Of a stretch of 64,000 nucleotides of DNA, positions 37,372-47,509 are shown in pieces; the first letter of the stretch is position 1, and every line of letters begins with the position of its first letter. A program made the position numbers and the translations under genes. The stretch lies in the NCBI GenBank assembly GCA_965222605.1, contig OZ244960.1:6274377-6338376 (forward strand), given 5' to 3'. Under the pieces are notes generated by a model. The model was not told where the DNA came from. It was given only the letters and a program-made list of their open reading frames with translations, and ran no database searches. This stretch comes from Candidatus Latescibacterota bacterium. Lineage in GTDB: Bacteria; Latescibacterota; UBA2968.

Positions 37372-38874
37372 ATGCCTGTTATTGATTCCAAAAAGAGCTT
37401 TGTGATTTTTATTGTGGTAGCTATTGCGCTCGTGTCACTCGGCAATCTGGTTTCCCGCAATTTTTTCTTTCGGCTGGACTTGACGGAGAATCAGATTTAT
37501 TCGCTGTCGCCATCGAGCAAGGTGATACTTGAGAAGATTGACGATTTTTTGACTGCTAAAGTCTATTTTTCTGAAAATTTGCCCGGGCAATACGGCAACA
37601 CGCGGCGGTATTTGCAGGATATTTTGGAAGAATATGCCGCGTATTCAGATGGCAATTTCAGATTTGAGTTTTACAGACCCGACGACGATGAAAAATTGGC
37701 ACTTGAAGCGCAAAAATCGGGCATTCAACCCGTGCAATTGCAGGTGCTCGAGAACGATAAGTTTGAGGTGAAGCGCATTTATATGGGAATGGCATTGCTC
37801 TACGGCGACAAGCGAGAAGTGTTGCCGGTTATTCAAACGACCACGGGTCTGGAATACGAGATTACAACGCGGATTAAGAAATTAGTTGACGATAACCGCT
37901 CTGTGGTCGGCGTGGCGAATACCGGGGCTTCAGCACCGGCAATGGAGCGGGTGAGTGCGCGACTTCGAGAAGCCTATGACGTGCGCTCGGTTTTTTTGAG
38001 TGCTGGCGTGCCCAATGATATTGAGATGTTGCTCATCAATGGCGTTGTCGATACCCTATCGGAGGATGCTCTCGGCGCGTTGAGGAACTATATCAACTCG
38101 GGGGGTAATCTGTTCCTGGCACAAAGCAAGATCAATGGCGATCTGCAGGCGCAACGCGGGACGCCCATTCAGTCCAATATTTTTGACATACTCGAACCTT
38201 TTGGCGTAAGCCTGGCTGACAATCTGGTGATGGACAGGATTTGCGGCACGGTTACGGTTTCACAGCAGCGTGGGTTTTTGCGTTTTAATTCGGCTGTAGA
38301 GTATCCTTTCTTTCCCGTGTTGCAATCTTTTCCCGATCATGAAATTGTCAACAGCTTGGAGCAAGTTCAGATGCTGTTTTCCAGCGAGATAGTTTACGAT
38401 ACGGCGGATTCAACGCGCCTTGTGAAGCCGTTGCTGGTCACGTCAGATCATTCGGGTGCAGCGGCCGGGTTTATCAATCTCAACCCGATTCAGAATCAGG
38501 CGTTTCAATCGCTCAATGAACCGGGCAAGGTGGTGGGGGTTTATGCTACTTCAGACAGTTTGGAAAATGTGATGAGCCAATTGGTGCTGGTATCTACATC
38601 CGATTTTCTGCTCGACAATGGTGGAGGTCAGGTGCCGTCCAATGGGATTTTTGTGATGAATGCGGTGGATGTGCTCATCGGCGACCGCGACCTCGTAGCT
38701 TTGAGATCGCGCGAGATTACAACGCGACCACTGCAAACGGTGGATGATGCGACCCGAACCACAGTGAAAACCTTCAATATTGTGCTGCCCGTGCTGCTGG
38801 TCATTCTTTACGGTCTGATCCAGTGGCGGCTTGTGGTGGCGCGTGCAAAGCGATTGGAGACACTCTATGAGTAA
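37372..38874 (+). CDS. GldG family ABC auxiliary protein
   Basis: RLDLTENQIYSLS...LEYEIT...C-terminal TM after LRSR. Confidence 0.88.
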   Translation: MPVIDSKKSFVIFIVVAIALVSLGNLVSRNFFFRLDLTENQIYSLSPSSKVILEKIDDFLTAKVYFSENLPGQYGNTRRYLQDILEEYAAYSDGNFRFEFYRPDDDEKLALEAQKSGIQPVQLQVLENDKFEVKRIYMGMALLYGDKREVLPVIQTTTGLEYEITTRIKKLVDDNRSVVGVANTGASAPAMERVSARLREAYDVRSVFLSAGVPNDIEMLLINGVVDTLSEDALGALRNYINSGGNLFLAQSKINGDLQAQRGTPIQSNIFDILEPFGVSLADNLVMDRICGTVTVSQQRGFLRFNSAVEYPFFPVLQSFPDHEIVNSLEQVQMLFSSEIVYDTADSTRLVKPLLVTSDHSGAAAGFINLNPIQNQAFQSLNEPGKVVGVYATSDSLENVMSQLVLVSTSDFLLDNGGGQVPSNGIFVMNAVDVLIGDRDLVALRSREITTRPLQTVDDATRTTVKTFNIVLPVLLVILYGLIQWRLVVARAKRLETLYE

Positions 38875-39466
38875 TCTAAAATGGCTTCTTATCGGGATTG
38901 CAGTACTGCTGGTGCTTTACGCGCTTTTGCAGATGCGAGAAAGCGGATATACGACTCCCACAGGTCAGATCTTTCCCGAGCATACGGATGATATTTACAG
39001 GGTTGAAATGATGGCAAAAGGCGATAGCCTGACACTGCAAAAGGAAGAGATCGAGTGGACGATTGTGGGACATGATACTCTGAAAGTTCGGGACCATCGG
39101 ATCACGGCACTATTTGAGCAGGTGCTAAAGGTGAGTCGCGAGACTCTGATGACGAACAAGGCCGACAATTGGTCCAAGTATGCCGTAGATGATGCGACGG
39201 GAACGCATGTCAAGGTATATAATGCGGAAGGGGAGTTGCTCACGCACGCGGTATTTGGCAGGTCGAGTACCGATTGGGCGCGCAATTACGTGCGAATTGG
39301 CGATGGGCCAGAGGTGTATTTGACAGATCGAAGCATTGTCTATCAGGTGAATACCGATGCGACATTCTGGGGTGAGAAACCCCCAGAACCCGCGCCTGCA
39401 GCGGTGGATTCTGCAGATGTAGCACCTGCAGTGGTGGATTCTACCAGATCGGAGGATGGGAAATAG
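38867..39466 (+). CDS. DUF4340 domain-containing protein
   Basis: N-terminal TM; typical last position in a GldAFG-like operon; YVR...EVY. Confidence 0.75.
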   Translation: MSNLKWLLIGIAVLLVLYALLQMRESGYTTPTGQIFPEHTDDIYRVEMMAKGDSLTLQKEEIEWTIVGHDTLKVRDHRITALFEQVLKVSRETLMTNKADNWSKYAVDDATGTHVKVYNAEGELLTHAVFGRSSTDWARNYVRIGDGPEVYLTDRSIVYQVNTDATFWGEKPPEPAPAAVDSADVAPAVVDSTRSEDGK

Positions 39467-39498
39467 ACGTATAGGAAACGGGGCATAGTAAAAATTAA

Positions 39499-39533
39499 AA
39501 AAGGGTCACGGTGATTTAAACCGTGACCCTTTC
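39499..39533. terminator. Intrinsic terminator
   Basis: AAAGGGTCACGG...CCGTGACCCTTT inverted repeat. Confidence 0.8.
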
Positions 39534-39563
39534 TCATTCATAATGTTTGCGTAAAACTGAACA

Positions 39564-39935
39564 TCAAGCGGCTTGTAACTCATAAGGCTGAACCAAAATA
39601 TCCGCCGAAATTCCAAGACCCTTATGCAACTTGCGAATCATGTTCAGTGACAGTGAGCATTTTCGATTCAAAACCTCCGACACACTGGTGCCTGAACCCA
39701 GATAGGGTTCAAGATCACGATGAGATAAACCTTGACTCTCCATGTGGTGAAGGATTGCCTCAATTGGATCCGGTGGCAGGATAGGGTAGTGCTTCTGTTC
39801 ATAAGCTTCAACGAGCGTGACTAAAACATCGAGTCTATCACCCTCTGGCGAACCATAAGTGGCTCCCCAAAGCCGTTGGATCTCTCTCAAAGCGGCTTCA
39901 TGGTCTGATTCGGTTTTGATGGGTTTAATATCCAT
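39564..39935 (-). CDS. higA: HigA-family HTH antitoxin
   Basis: MDIKPIKTESDHEAAL...GSPEGDRLDVLVTLVEAYE...PDPIEAI...SEVLNRK. Confidence 0.9.
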   Translation of the reverse strand: MDIKPIKTESDHEAALREIQRLWGATYGSPEGDRLDVLVTLVEAYEQKHYPILPPDPIEAILHHMESQGLSHRDLEPYLGSGTSVSEVLNRKCSLSLNMIRKLHKGLGISADILVQPYELQAA

Positions 39936-39945
39936 GGTTATCACC

Positions 39946-40239
39946 TCAAATCGTCGCTGTGTTGATTTTATTATATATCTGGTGTGTACCAACAAATCGA
40001 ATGTAAACGATACCGTGTTGATAATCAATTGCCGCGACCAAACGGTAGGCATTACCCTTGATGTTGAATATCACCCGATTGTTTTCGACAAAACTGGCAT
40101 TTCGATATGTGGCTTTTACATCGGATGGCGTTTTCCAATCTGCCCGTTTCACATTGGCATACCAAGCTTTAAGCGGCTGTTCGGAATCTGCATGCGTTCT
40201 CCAAAATTCTCTCAAAGCCCTGCGTGAAATAATTCTCAT
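39946..40239 (-). CDS. higB: HigB-family (RelE-like) toxin
   Basis: MRIISRRAL...VIFNIKGNAYRLV...YIRFVGTH. Confidence 0.9.
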   Translation of the reverse strand: MRIISRRALREFWRTHADSEQPLKAWYANVKRADWKTPSDVKATYRNASFVENNRVIFNIKGNAYRLVAAIDYQHGIVYIRFVGTHQIYNKINTATI

Positions 40240-40333
40240 ATGCGTATTATACCATAATTGGGCATTTCGTCATAAAAAAATTCGGTTTGGAAGCTCATCA
40301 CGCCGGCAATGGCATCAGTTCAAGGACTACCTC

Positions 40334-40904
40334 TTAATCAATGAAGTCTCGGATGAACGCCCTCTCTGCCGGACTGACCAACTCTCTCAGTTCAATGTCC
40401 GTAAGGGTACTGACGATATCTCGCCATGCCAAAATTACGGCCTGTCGGTCCACCTTGATCTGGCACCCTAAACTCGCCTTGCTCGGCCTCAACTGCCACG
40501 GTTCGACCTCAGAACCGCGTTTGCTCTCAATGGTGAGGGTCAAACTCTCCTGCTGATGCTGCGTTCTCTGGTGCGATAAAGGTCACTACGCCGTCGTATC
40601 TCGCTCCTCTATCCTCCGATTGGACATCGTCATCGACATCCTTTCCCTCAGCGGTGATTCCAATAGCCACAAGGCGTCCTTCCTGTGCGACCAGCGTCCC
40701 AACCTGAGTCTGAACGACACACTTCCGTTCCCTTAAAGTCGTCAATGCAGGTATCGGTTGCTCCTGCTTGTCCCGGACGAGATCCAGAAATGCCGCACGG
40801 ATGATCGGAGACATGCGTATCAGGTTCATCAGAGCCCAGGTAAGACGGTCTTCAGTACCTGGCTTCAAGCTCAAGTAGCCATCAAAAATATTCAGCTTAT
40901 CCAC
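40334..40904 (-). pseudogene. PD-(D/E)xK nuclease-like gene, frameshifted and truncated
   Basis: GGAGGAG RBS; EDRLT...RYDGVV (frameshift near 40550) ...TIESK...WQL. Confidence 0.6.
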
Positions 40905-40961
40905 TTATTCTCCTCCTACTTATTGGAAAGAAATTTACTATTTCACAATAACTTACGATAT

Positions 40962-41060
40962 CTATTCCTGATTTGAAAGACGCCGGTTAAGGTCAATGGC
41001 AACTTGCTGAGCACTGATGAAAATGTTAGAGTCGTCCCAGTAGATAAAAACTTTGTCCAT
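40962..41060 (-). pseudogene. NYN-domain (PIN-fold) protein 5' remnant
   Basis: GGGAGA RBS followed by MDKVFIYWDDSNIFISAQ..., stopping after 32 codons. Confidence 0.6.
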
Positions 41061-41196
41061 CTTGTCTCCCAGATTTTGCTTATCCCAGTTACAGCCAAAT
41101 TTCTTTTTTCAGATATGTCTAAAAATAGCCTATTTGCCATGACCAGTCAACAGGAAGGCTGGCGACAGGTCTCCATCTGAATCCAGCGGTAGATAC

Positions 41197-44100
41197 TTAC
41201 CCTTTGCCCCGTCTCCTGCGTCTCACCCCGTATAGGACAAAGGAAAGGGGGGCGAATCCAACGACTATAATGCGCCAGAAGATTTTTTGGTCAGGGGGCA
41301 AATAGGGAAAGCCAGGTGCGATTTTTCGACGGGCTTGAAGGTCGGCAAATTGCGGGCCATGTGTGAGATAGGCAACGGCATTGAGCAAGAATTGTTCGTG
41401 TTGAAAACCCGGTGCATAAAGATACTCATTTTTGAACATTTCAGAACTGCCGATCAGCAGTAGTTCGCCTTTCGGGTTGGGCTTTGGATGCGCGAGTGCA
41501 AAATCTGGAGCTTTGAACTCGGCGAGGGGAAATGTGCCTGTCACGAGTAGTGCAAGGGGTTGATGGCCCAAAAGAAGTGAATCTGGGGAAAATGCGGTTT
41601 TGGGCAACCATCCGCCCGACCAATGGTATGCCCAGGCGCGGTTTGATGTGCTGATCAGAGGGGTTGCCGTCAGATTGTGCATTCGCAAGCGATTCGGGTC
41701 TGGCACAAAGCGATTACCCCAGATAAAGAGCTGATCGCCGAGTTGTCGTGCAATAGGCAGTGCGGTGTTAAAATTTGGCGGAACAGCGCGTATGAGAAAA
41801 GGCAACGCCACTTCTTGTGCGTCGTGTTCGTGGACTGCGCGCCGATAAATTTGGGTTTCGAGGACGAGGCGGGAGCGAGTTTGGTCCATGAGCACTTCGC
41901 GCGCCTGTGCAATGCCCAGGGGTTCCAGATAGCGGTTGAGATCCTGGTATTGGGGCTGAGGCCAGTACACGGTTTCAAAATCCCCTCCCGAGTACTGGCG
42001 CTGTTGGATATTGTAGTGTTGCAGTGCTACAATGGCGTGACCACCCCGAGCGAGGTGCTGGCTCAAAAGGGCGGTCATGGGACTGGCATCTCGTCGCGGT
42101 TGGATCCAGATTACGAGGTCGGTTTTCGGCGGGAGATGGGGTGTGCGCGGGTTGACATAGCTTACGCGGTATCCATAAGTACGCAAAAGCGTTTTTAGTT
42201 CGCTGAATACATCGGCGCCTTTGGGGGGTGACAGGTGTTTCTGGCGATACTCATGCGCCTCGGCAGGGGAGAGACGCGGGGATTCAGCGACAAGGGCAAT
42301 ATGGGGTGTTTTGCCTGTGGATAGACGACGGGCGGCCGTTGCGAGCAGAAATTCGAGGTGATCAGTTGTTCGGTCGTCTAAACGCGGGATGATTGTCGCA
42401 TTGCCGGGGCGGTGCAGCAAAAGTCCGCTGATAACGGACTGAGAGATTTCCGCATCATCCCGCACAGTTTTCACCTGATATGGGCGCAGGCCAAGTCGGC
42501 TCAGGTAAGCTGCTGATAGATTTTTGGGGCGTCGGAGGGTGTAGCTTATGCCGAGGTTGTTGAGCCGCGCAACGGTCTCAGTTTCTACTTTTTTTAATGC
42601 GGGTGGAAGGTGTGCGCGAGTGGGGATGATCAGGTCGGCTTTGGGGATTTGATTTTGGATTTGCTCCCGAGAAAATGGCAGAGGAGTATGTATTTTTTCG
42701 GCTGTGAGGTCGTGGAGTTGCCCTCCCTGGTAAGACCAGAGGCGAGAAGCGACAATCAGCACCACTATCGCAATGCCAGCACGCAGGGAGATGTGTCTGA
42801 AAGATACGTGTATCTGCCTGCTGTAGTACAAACACGCGCTCAAGATCAGAAGGATCAGTGGGACGATGAATACCGCACAAGCCCGCCAGATCACACGCGA
42901 AGTCGCGCTTAGTTGTGGTATCGGCGGCGGTGATGGCTTTTCAACGCGACCACGCACAATGCGGTCGTGATCGGTGAATGTACGCATGATGGTCTGAAGA
43001 AAGATGCGGTGCGCGTAATTGGGTTGATTAAAGATGCCATCGCGGAATGGACTGGACGTTGCGAGCACCAGAATTTCTCCTTTCCACGGATCCCGGTGCC
43101 TGAGACGCAGCATCACATTTTGTTTACCTATTGCGAGTGTTTCCTCCAAATGATCGTTTGTAAATGGCTCTGCTGGAATGGGTTGTATGTACGTGTTATC
43201 CGTGGTTGTCCCCAGAATGTCGAGGTAATAGCCCGCTTTGGATACCGCGCGTGGATCGACTGTTAGAGCACCTGCCGATACAAAATTTAGCGCGCCTCTG
43301 GCAGGTGAGAGAAAACCTTTGAGGTCATAAAAACCCGGCATAACGCGCAGGTGAAAGGGGGCGTTGATCTGGTGGATTTTGTCTTTTTGATCGCGGAACA
43401 AGATCGGGCCCTGGCTTTGATCCATCAAAAAGTCGGCCTGTGGGCGTATTCCCAACGGTGTCAGGAGTTTTCCCCAGGCCGCGTTGAAATATGCGCGGTA
43501 TGTTACTCCTCCAGTATCATTGACCGCGTAGTCGATAAAATACGGGCTGCCAGCCAGCACGACCGTGCGGCCTTTATCAATCGCATTTTGGAGGGCGCGA
43601 GGATTAGGGGTTGTGGGATCAATCCAAAAGATCACATCGGCATCTGGTGGCATCGCGTTGGGATCGGCGGGGGCAATATCGCCCCATTGACCGAGAAATT
43701 TTGTGAAAAGAGTAAAGTTTTGTGGCGTGGAAACCACAATGACAGGGCGTGGGGGATGGGCGAGTGCTTTGAGATGGGCGAGCAGTAGATGTTCGAGATA
43801 AGGTATATCTGTGGGCGTTATTTTGGGAATCAAAATTTCGGGATGATCGCCATAAGCAATGACGAGAGAAGACCAGACCGCTTGTTCGCTGTGTTCATCG
43901 CGTTGAATATCGCGCACATGAAAGGGTGCTGCCTTTTTTTCAATGGCGTAAGTGCGTCCAGGTTCAGAGATAGGATCCACAATGCGGTAATCTATGCGGC
44001 CAGGAGCCAGTGCCTTGAGGCGTGCGAAAAGGGTTCGCACGGGTGTTTTTACTCCCTTCAGGTGCTTTGCGATATATGTCAGAGAAAGGGGTGCTTCGAG

Positions 44101-44244
44101 TTTGGTATAAAAGATTTGTGAATCTGCCGAAAGCGTTGCTGTCAGATGCAGACGTCCTGTGCCCAGGTTCTCCAAAAGACGACCTGTGTAAAATACAAGG
44201 GCGAGAAGAAAAAAAAAGACCAGGGGGAATTTTATCCGCATCAT
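41197..44244 (-). CDS. Double-length GldG-like ABC auxiliary protein
   Basis: Two tandem GldG-like modules separated by TM helices (DLTAEKIHT; LLLIGSSEMF; C-terminal TM). Confidence 0.75.
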   Translation of the reverse strand: MMRIKFPLVFFFLLALVFYTGRLLENLGTGRLHLTATLSADSQIFYTKLEAPLSLTYIAKHLKGVKTPVRTLFARLKALAPGRIDYRIVDPISEPGRTYAIEKKAAPFHVRDIQRDEHSEQAVWSSLVIAYGDHPEILIPKITPTDIPYLEHLLLAHLKALAHPPRPVIVVSTPQNFTLFTKFLGQWGDIAPADPNAMPPDADVIFWIDPTTPNPRALQNAIDKGRTVVLAGSPYFIDYAVNDTGGVTYRAYFNAAWGKLLTPLGIRPQADFLMDQSQGPILFRDQKDKIHQINAPFHLRVMPGFYDLKGFLSPARGALNFVSAGALTVDPRAVSKAGYYLDILGTTTDNTYIQPIPAEPFTNDHLEETLAIGKQNVMLRLRHRDPWKGEILVLATSSPFRDGIFNQPNYAHRIFLQTIMRTFTDHDRIVRGRVEKPSPPPIPQLSATSRVIWRACAVFIVPLILLILSACLYYSRQIHVSFRHISLRAGIAIVVLIVASRLWSYQGGQLHDLTAEKIHTPLPFSREQIQNQIPKADLIIPTRAHLPPALKKVETETVARLNNLGISYTLRRPKNLSAAYLSRLGLRPYQVKTVRDDAEISQSVISGLLLHRPGNATIIPRLDDRTTDHLEFLLATAARRLSTGKTPHIALVAESPRLSPAEAHEYRQKHLSPPKGADVFSELKTLLRTYGYRVSYVNPRTPHLPPKTDLVIWIQPRRDASPMTALLSQHLARGGHAIVALQHYNIQQRQYSGGDFETVYWPQPQYQDLNRYLEPLGIAQAREVLMDQTRSRLVLETQIYRRAVHEHDAQEVALPFLIRAVPPNFNTALPIARQLGDQLFIWGNRFVPDPNRLRMHNLTATPLISTSNRAWAYHWSGGWLPKTAFSPDSLLLGHQPLALLVTGTFPLAEFKAPDFALAHPKPNPKGELLLIGSSEMFKNEYLYAPGFQHEQFLLNAVAYLTHGPQFADLQARRKIAPGFPYLPPDQKIFWRIIVVGFAPLSFVLYGVRRRRRGKG

Positions 44245-45002
44245 CCGCGATCTCGTTTGAGAGATATATCATTCATCCAGAGAAAAAAGGCACTCAGTAA
44301 GGTGAAATAGAGCACTGCGGGCAGAGCGATGATGCCGCGGGTAAAAGCACTGTAGTGCGGGGCAATGGAAAGCGATTCATACAGCAGGTCGCCGATATGA
44401 TATGCCGGGGCCAATCCGTCGAGAATTTCAACCACTTTTTCGTGCCCGCTCAACACGAATACAAAACCCAATAGCACTGCGACGACATAAGCGACAATTT
44501 GATCGCGTGTAAGACCCGATACAAATAGGCCAAAAGAAAGAAAAAATGCACCCAGAAAGAGCGCGCCCAAATAGGAAGAAAAGATTAGACCGAGATCTGG
44601 AGTCCCCAAAAAGAGCAACATGAGAACGATAGGTAAGGTGCCCGAAAGGACAATCAGGTAAAAAACAAGGGCAGATAAATATTTGCCAAGTACAATTTGG
44701 ATGGATTGCAGGGGCATGGTCATCAATAATTCAATGGTGTGTTGGGAGCGTTCTTCAGCCCATGAACGCATGGTTATGGCAGGGATAAATGGTATGAGAA
44801 AAAAGGGAAGCAGATCAAAATAAGGTGCCATTTCGAGCACGCCATTGAGAAAAAAAGCGTTCATAAATGTCGAACAGGACAAGAGGAGGAAAACCGAGGC
44901 ATAGACATAGGCGATTGGCGCGTCAAAATAGGCATTGATTTCGCGGACAAAGATCACGCCAATGCCCCGTGCGAAGTCCTTTGGACGCAATCGATCGGGC
45001 AT
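44241..45002 (-). CDS. ABC-2 permease (GldF-like)
   Basis: YFDAPIAY...PAITMRSWAEERSQHTIELL...GKY...SGLTRDQIVA. Confidence 0.9.
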   Translation of the reverse strand: MPDRLRPKDFARGIGVIFVREINAYFDAPIAYVYASVFLLLSCSTFMNAFFLNGVLEMAPYFDLLPFFLIPFIPAITMRSWAEERSQHTIELLMTMPLQSIQIVLGKYLSALVFYLIVLSGTLPIVLMLLFLGTPDLGLIFSSYLGALFLGAFFLSFGLFVSGLTRDQIVAYVVAVLLGFVFVLSGHEKVVEILDGLAPAYHIGDLLYESLSIAPHYSAFTRGIIALPAVLYFTLLSAFFLWMNDISLKRDRG

Positions 45003-45015
45003 GCGCGGTTTCTCC

Positions 45016-45738
45016 TTAGTTTTGCAGATGTACAAGATGGGTAAAAATGGCCTCGAGATCTTTGGGCTGTCCCGTTTGTCGCGCCAGATCATCTATGCAG
45101 CCATCGGCTAATAGATTGCCCTGATGTATGATGAGCACGCGATCAGATAGGGCAGAGACTTCCTGTATAATATGGCTACTGAATAAGATAATCCGATTTT
45201 CGCTGAGGGATTGGATCAGGTCTCGGAATGCCAGAACTTGCAGGGGGTCAAAACCGTGCGTGGGTTCATCGAGCAGGAGAATAGGTGGGTCGTGGATGAG
45301 GGCAGCCCCGACACCGATGCGCTGGCGAAATCCCGTGGAGCATTGGTCAATGCGTTTGTACAGATGGGGGGAGAGGCCGCATATATCGACAACCCAGGCG
45401 AGTTTTTTTTCGAGTATATCGCCAGAAAGTCCACGCGCTTTGCCGCAGAATCTCAAAAATTTATCCACGCGCATAGTCTGATAGAGCGGCGTGTCGCCAG
45501 AGAGGTAGCCAATTTTGCGGCGTATGGATAACGGATGCGTCACCACATCGAGGCCATCAATTGCGATTTTGCCCGAGGTGGGCAAAAGATAGGTCGCCAG
45601 CATTTTGAGCACCGTACTTTTGCCAGCGCCATTGGGACCGACAAACCCAACGATTTCGCCAGGTACGAGCGAAAAGCTGATGTTTTCAACGGCCCTGATT
45701 GTGCCGTACCATTTTGTGACATCTGTAACTTGAATCAT
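45016..45738 (-). CDS. ABC transporter ATP-binding protein (GldA-like)
   Basis: GPNGAGKS, STGFRQR, LDEPTHGFDP. Confidence 0.9.
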   Translation of the reverse strand: MIQVTDVTKWYGTIRAVENISFSLVPGEIVGFVGPNGAGKSTVLKMLATYLLPTSGKIAIDGLDVVTHPLSIRRKIGYLSGDTPLYQTMRVDKFLRFCGKARGLSGDILEKKLAWVVDICGLSPHLYKRIDQCSTGFRQRIGVGAALIHDPPILLLDEPTHGFDPLQVLAFRDLIQSLSENRIILFSSHIIQEVSALSDRVLIIHQGNLLADGCIDDLARQTGQPKDLEAIFTHLVHLQN

Positions 45739-45787
45739 AGGAGGGTAGGGGAAATCAATATTAACATGGGCAGAGAGTTGATTCTCC

Positions 45788-46036
45788 TCAAGTATATGCT
45801 TTGGTAGGCATTTCAATATACCGATCGGGTTCTTCTTCTTTTTTTTGAATAGCAAAAAAGTGCCGCTCAATCTCCTTGAGTACTGCGGCATCGTAATATA
45901 CCATGCCGCATTGAAGACAGACTTCTACCGGCGTGTTGGGCACTAACAGATATTGGTCCTGGTGGCTGTAGAGATAGTCGATTCGCCGCTCTTCGTAGTG
46001 TTCGCTTTCGCAGAAGTTACACTTAGCTTTCTTCAT
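45788..46036 (-). CDS. YgiT-type zinc finger protein (MqsA-like antitoxin)
   Basis: CNFC...VPNTPVEVCLQCGMVYY. Confidence 0.85.
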   Translation of the reverse strand: MKKAKCNFCESEHYEERRIDYLYSHQDQYLLVPNTPVEVCLQCGMVYYDAAVLKEIERHFFAIQKKEEEPDRYIEMPTKAYT

Positions 46037-46343
46037 GGCTTTGCGTTCCTCGTGTCCATGGGTCAATAAACTTTGGTGGACGGGGAATGTAAACGGTGAT
46101 CAGAACCACCCTTTCTTCGCGCCAACCACAGACAATATGGATGGGCAATTCTCCTACATACCCTACGATCAAGCAACTTTCACCCCGCCCTGTATCGGAA
46201 TAGTGCTCGATAATCGTCCCGTTTAATAAAGCTTGTTCAATCTGTGCAAAGGTCAAGTCATCCTCTCTGCGTTCAATCTCAGCGTGAGACGTATAGACGT
46301 ATTGGGAACGGAGAACTTTGGCCTTGATTTCTTCAATATTCAT
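46023..46343 (-). CDS. DUF4258 domain protein (RelE-like toxin candidate)
   Basis: HAEIERRED...IIEHY...SCLIVG...PIHIVC...ITVYIP; directly upstream of YgiT. Confidence 0.85.
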   Translation of the reverse strand: MNIEEIKAKVLRSQYVYTSHAEIERREDDLTFAQIEQALLNGTIIEHYSDTGRGESCLIVGYVGELPIHIVCGWREERVVLITVYIPRPPKFIDPWTRGTQSHEES

Positions 46344-46485
46344 ATCTTAACGAGTAATAGCAAGCGCAATATCTGGATTTGGGGTTGGAAAGGGTCAATA
46401 CAGGGTATATATTGGGCACAACTTGATCATATCTGTAAAGCGGGTGAATGCAGAAGTTCGCCTCTATCACTAACCACTGAAATCT

Positions 46486-47445
46486 ATGGATAAACAAACG
46501 AGAAAAAAAGGCTTTTGTGCCTATTATCTGGGCGGTCTGTTTGTCAGGATGAATGACAACAACATCTTCTTGCTCTGTGCTGGGTTGGCTTTTGCTACTC
46601 TTTTGTGTCTCGTCCCCCTGGTCTTTCTCATCTTCTTCGCACTTGAGGCCATTCTGGACGTGAGGGCGATAGCTCATCTGGTCAATCAGACGGTGGATGT
46701 GCTCATCCCATATCCAGAAGAGGCCGAGTATCTGAAGGAGGTTTTATCCGCGCGCGTCTCAGGCGTCCTGACCTTCAAAAAGGCTTATGGAGCCTCGGGC
46801 CTGTTAATTTTGATATTGAGCGCCAGCAGTCTATTCAGCAGCATGAGAACCTTGCTCAACGCGGTCTTTAAGGTCGAGCACAGTTTTGGACCGAAAGAGG
46901 GTGAGACAGAGCCTGTCGCGGTGGAACAGTTAAAAAATATGGGAACCCCAGGACGCTGGATAAAATTTTTGTACAGGGTTTTGCCAATAGCAGTAGGCAA
47001 ATTGAAAGATCTCACTATGGTACTCCTGATACTGTCTATTTTTCTGCTATCAGTCCTCTCGCTGCCCATTCTATCTGCTGTCATCGACATCGCCCCGTCT
47101 CTGCTGCACGAATATGTGACCTACTTCTATGGTCTTACCTCCCTCGCCCTAATTTTTGCCGTGTTTCTGGGGCTATACTGGCTGCTTCCATACCAACATA
47201 TCCAGATAAAGGTGCTGGTTATAGGTGCTTTCTGGGCCGCTTTGCTGTGGAAACTCACCGAATGGATCTTTGGCTATTACCTGAGTCACTTCGGCTCTAT
47301 ATCTTATCTGTACGGGGCTTATGTTCTGTTGGTGGTCGTGGCCTTGTGGATATACCTCTCCGCGATTATTTTTATTTTAGGTGCTCAGATCGCCCAACTC
47401 TGCCGCGAAAGGCCGGCTGCAGATCCTCAAAGTTCTTTGTTTTAA
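46486..47445 (+). CDS. YihY/BrkB family membrane protein
   Basis: AGLAFATLL..P, multiple TMs, YGAY...LWIY...ILGA. Confidence 0.85.
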   Translation: MDKQTRKKGFCAYYLGGLFVRMNDNNIFLLCAGLAFATLLCLVPLVFLIFFALEAILDVRAIAHLVNQTVDVLIPYPEEAEYLKEVLSARVSGVLTFKKAYGASGLLILILSASSLFSSMRTLLNAVFKVEHSFGPKEGETEPVAVEQLKNMGTPGRWIKFLYRVLPIAVGKLKDLTMVLLILSIFLLSVLSLPILSAVIDIAPSLLHEYVTYFYGLTSLALIFAVFLGLYWLLPYQHIQIKVLVIGAFWAALLWKLTEWIFGYYLSHFGSISYLYGAYVLLVVVALWIYLSAIIFILGAQIAQLCRERPAADPQSSLF

Positions 47446-47475
47446 AAAAAAGCCGAGTTTTTTAAACTCGGCTTC
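47444..47475. terminator. Bidirectional terminator
   Basis: AAGCCGAGTTT...AAACTCGGCTT between convergent genes. Confidence 0.75.
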
Positions 47476-47509
47476 TACAATCAGGCATTTGTCAATCCGC
47501 CCGCAAAAC

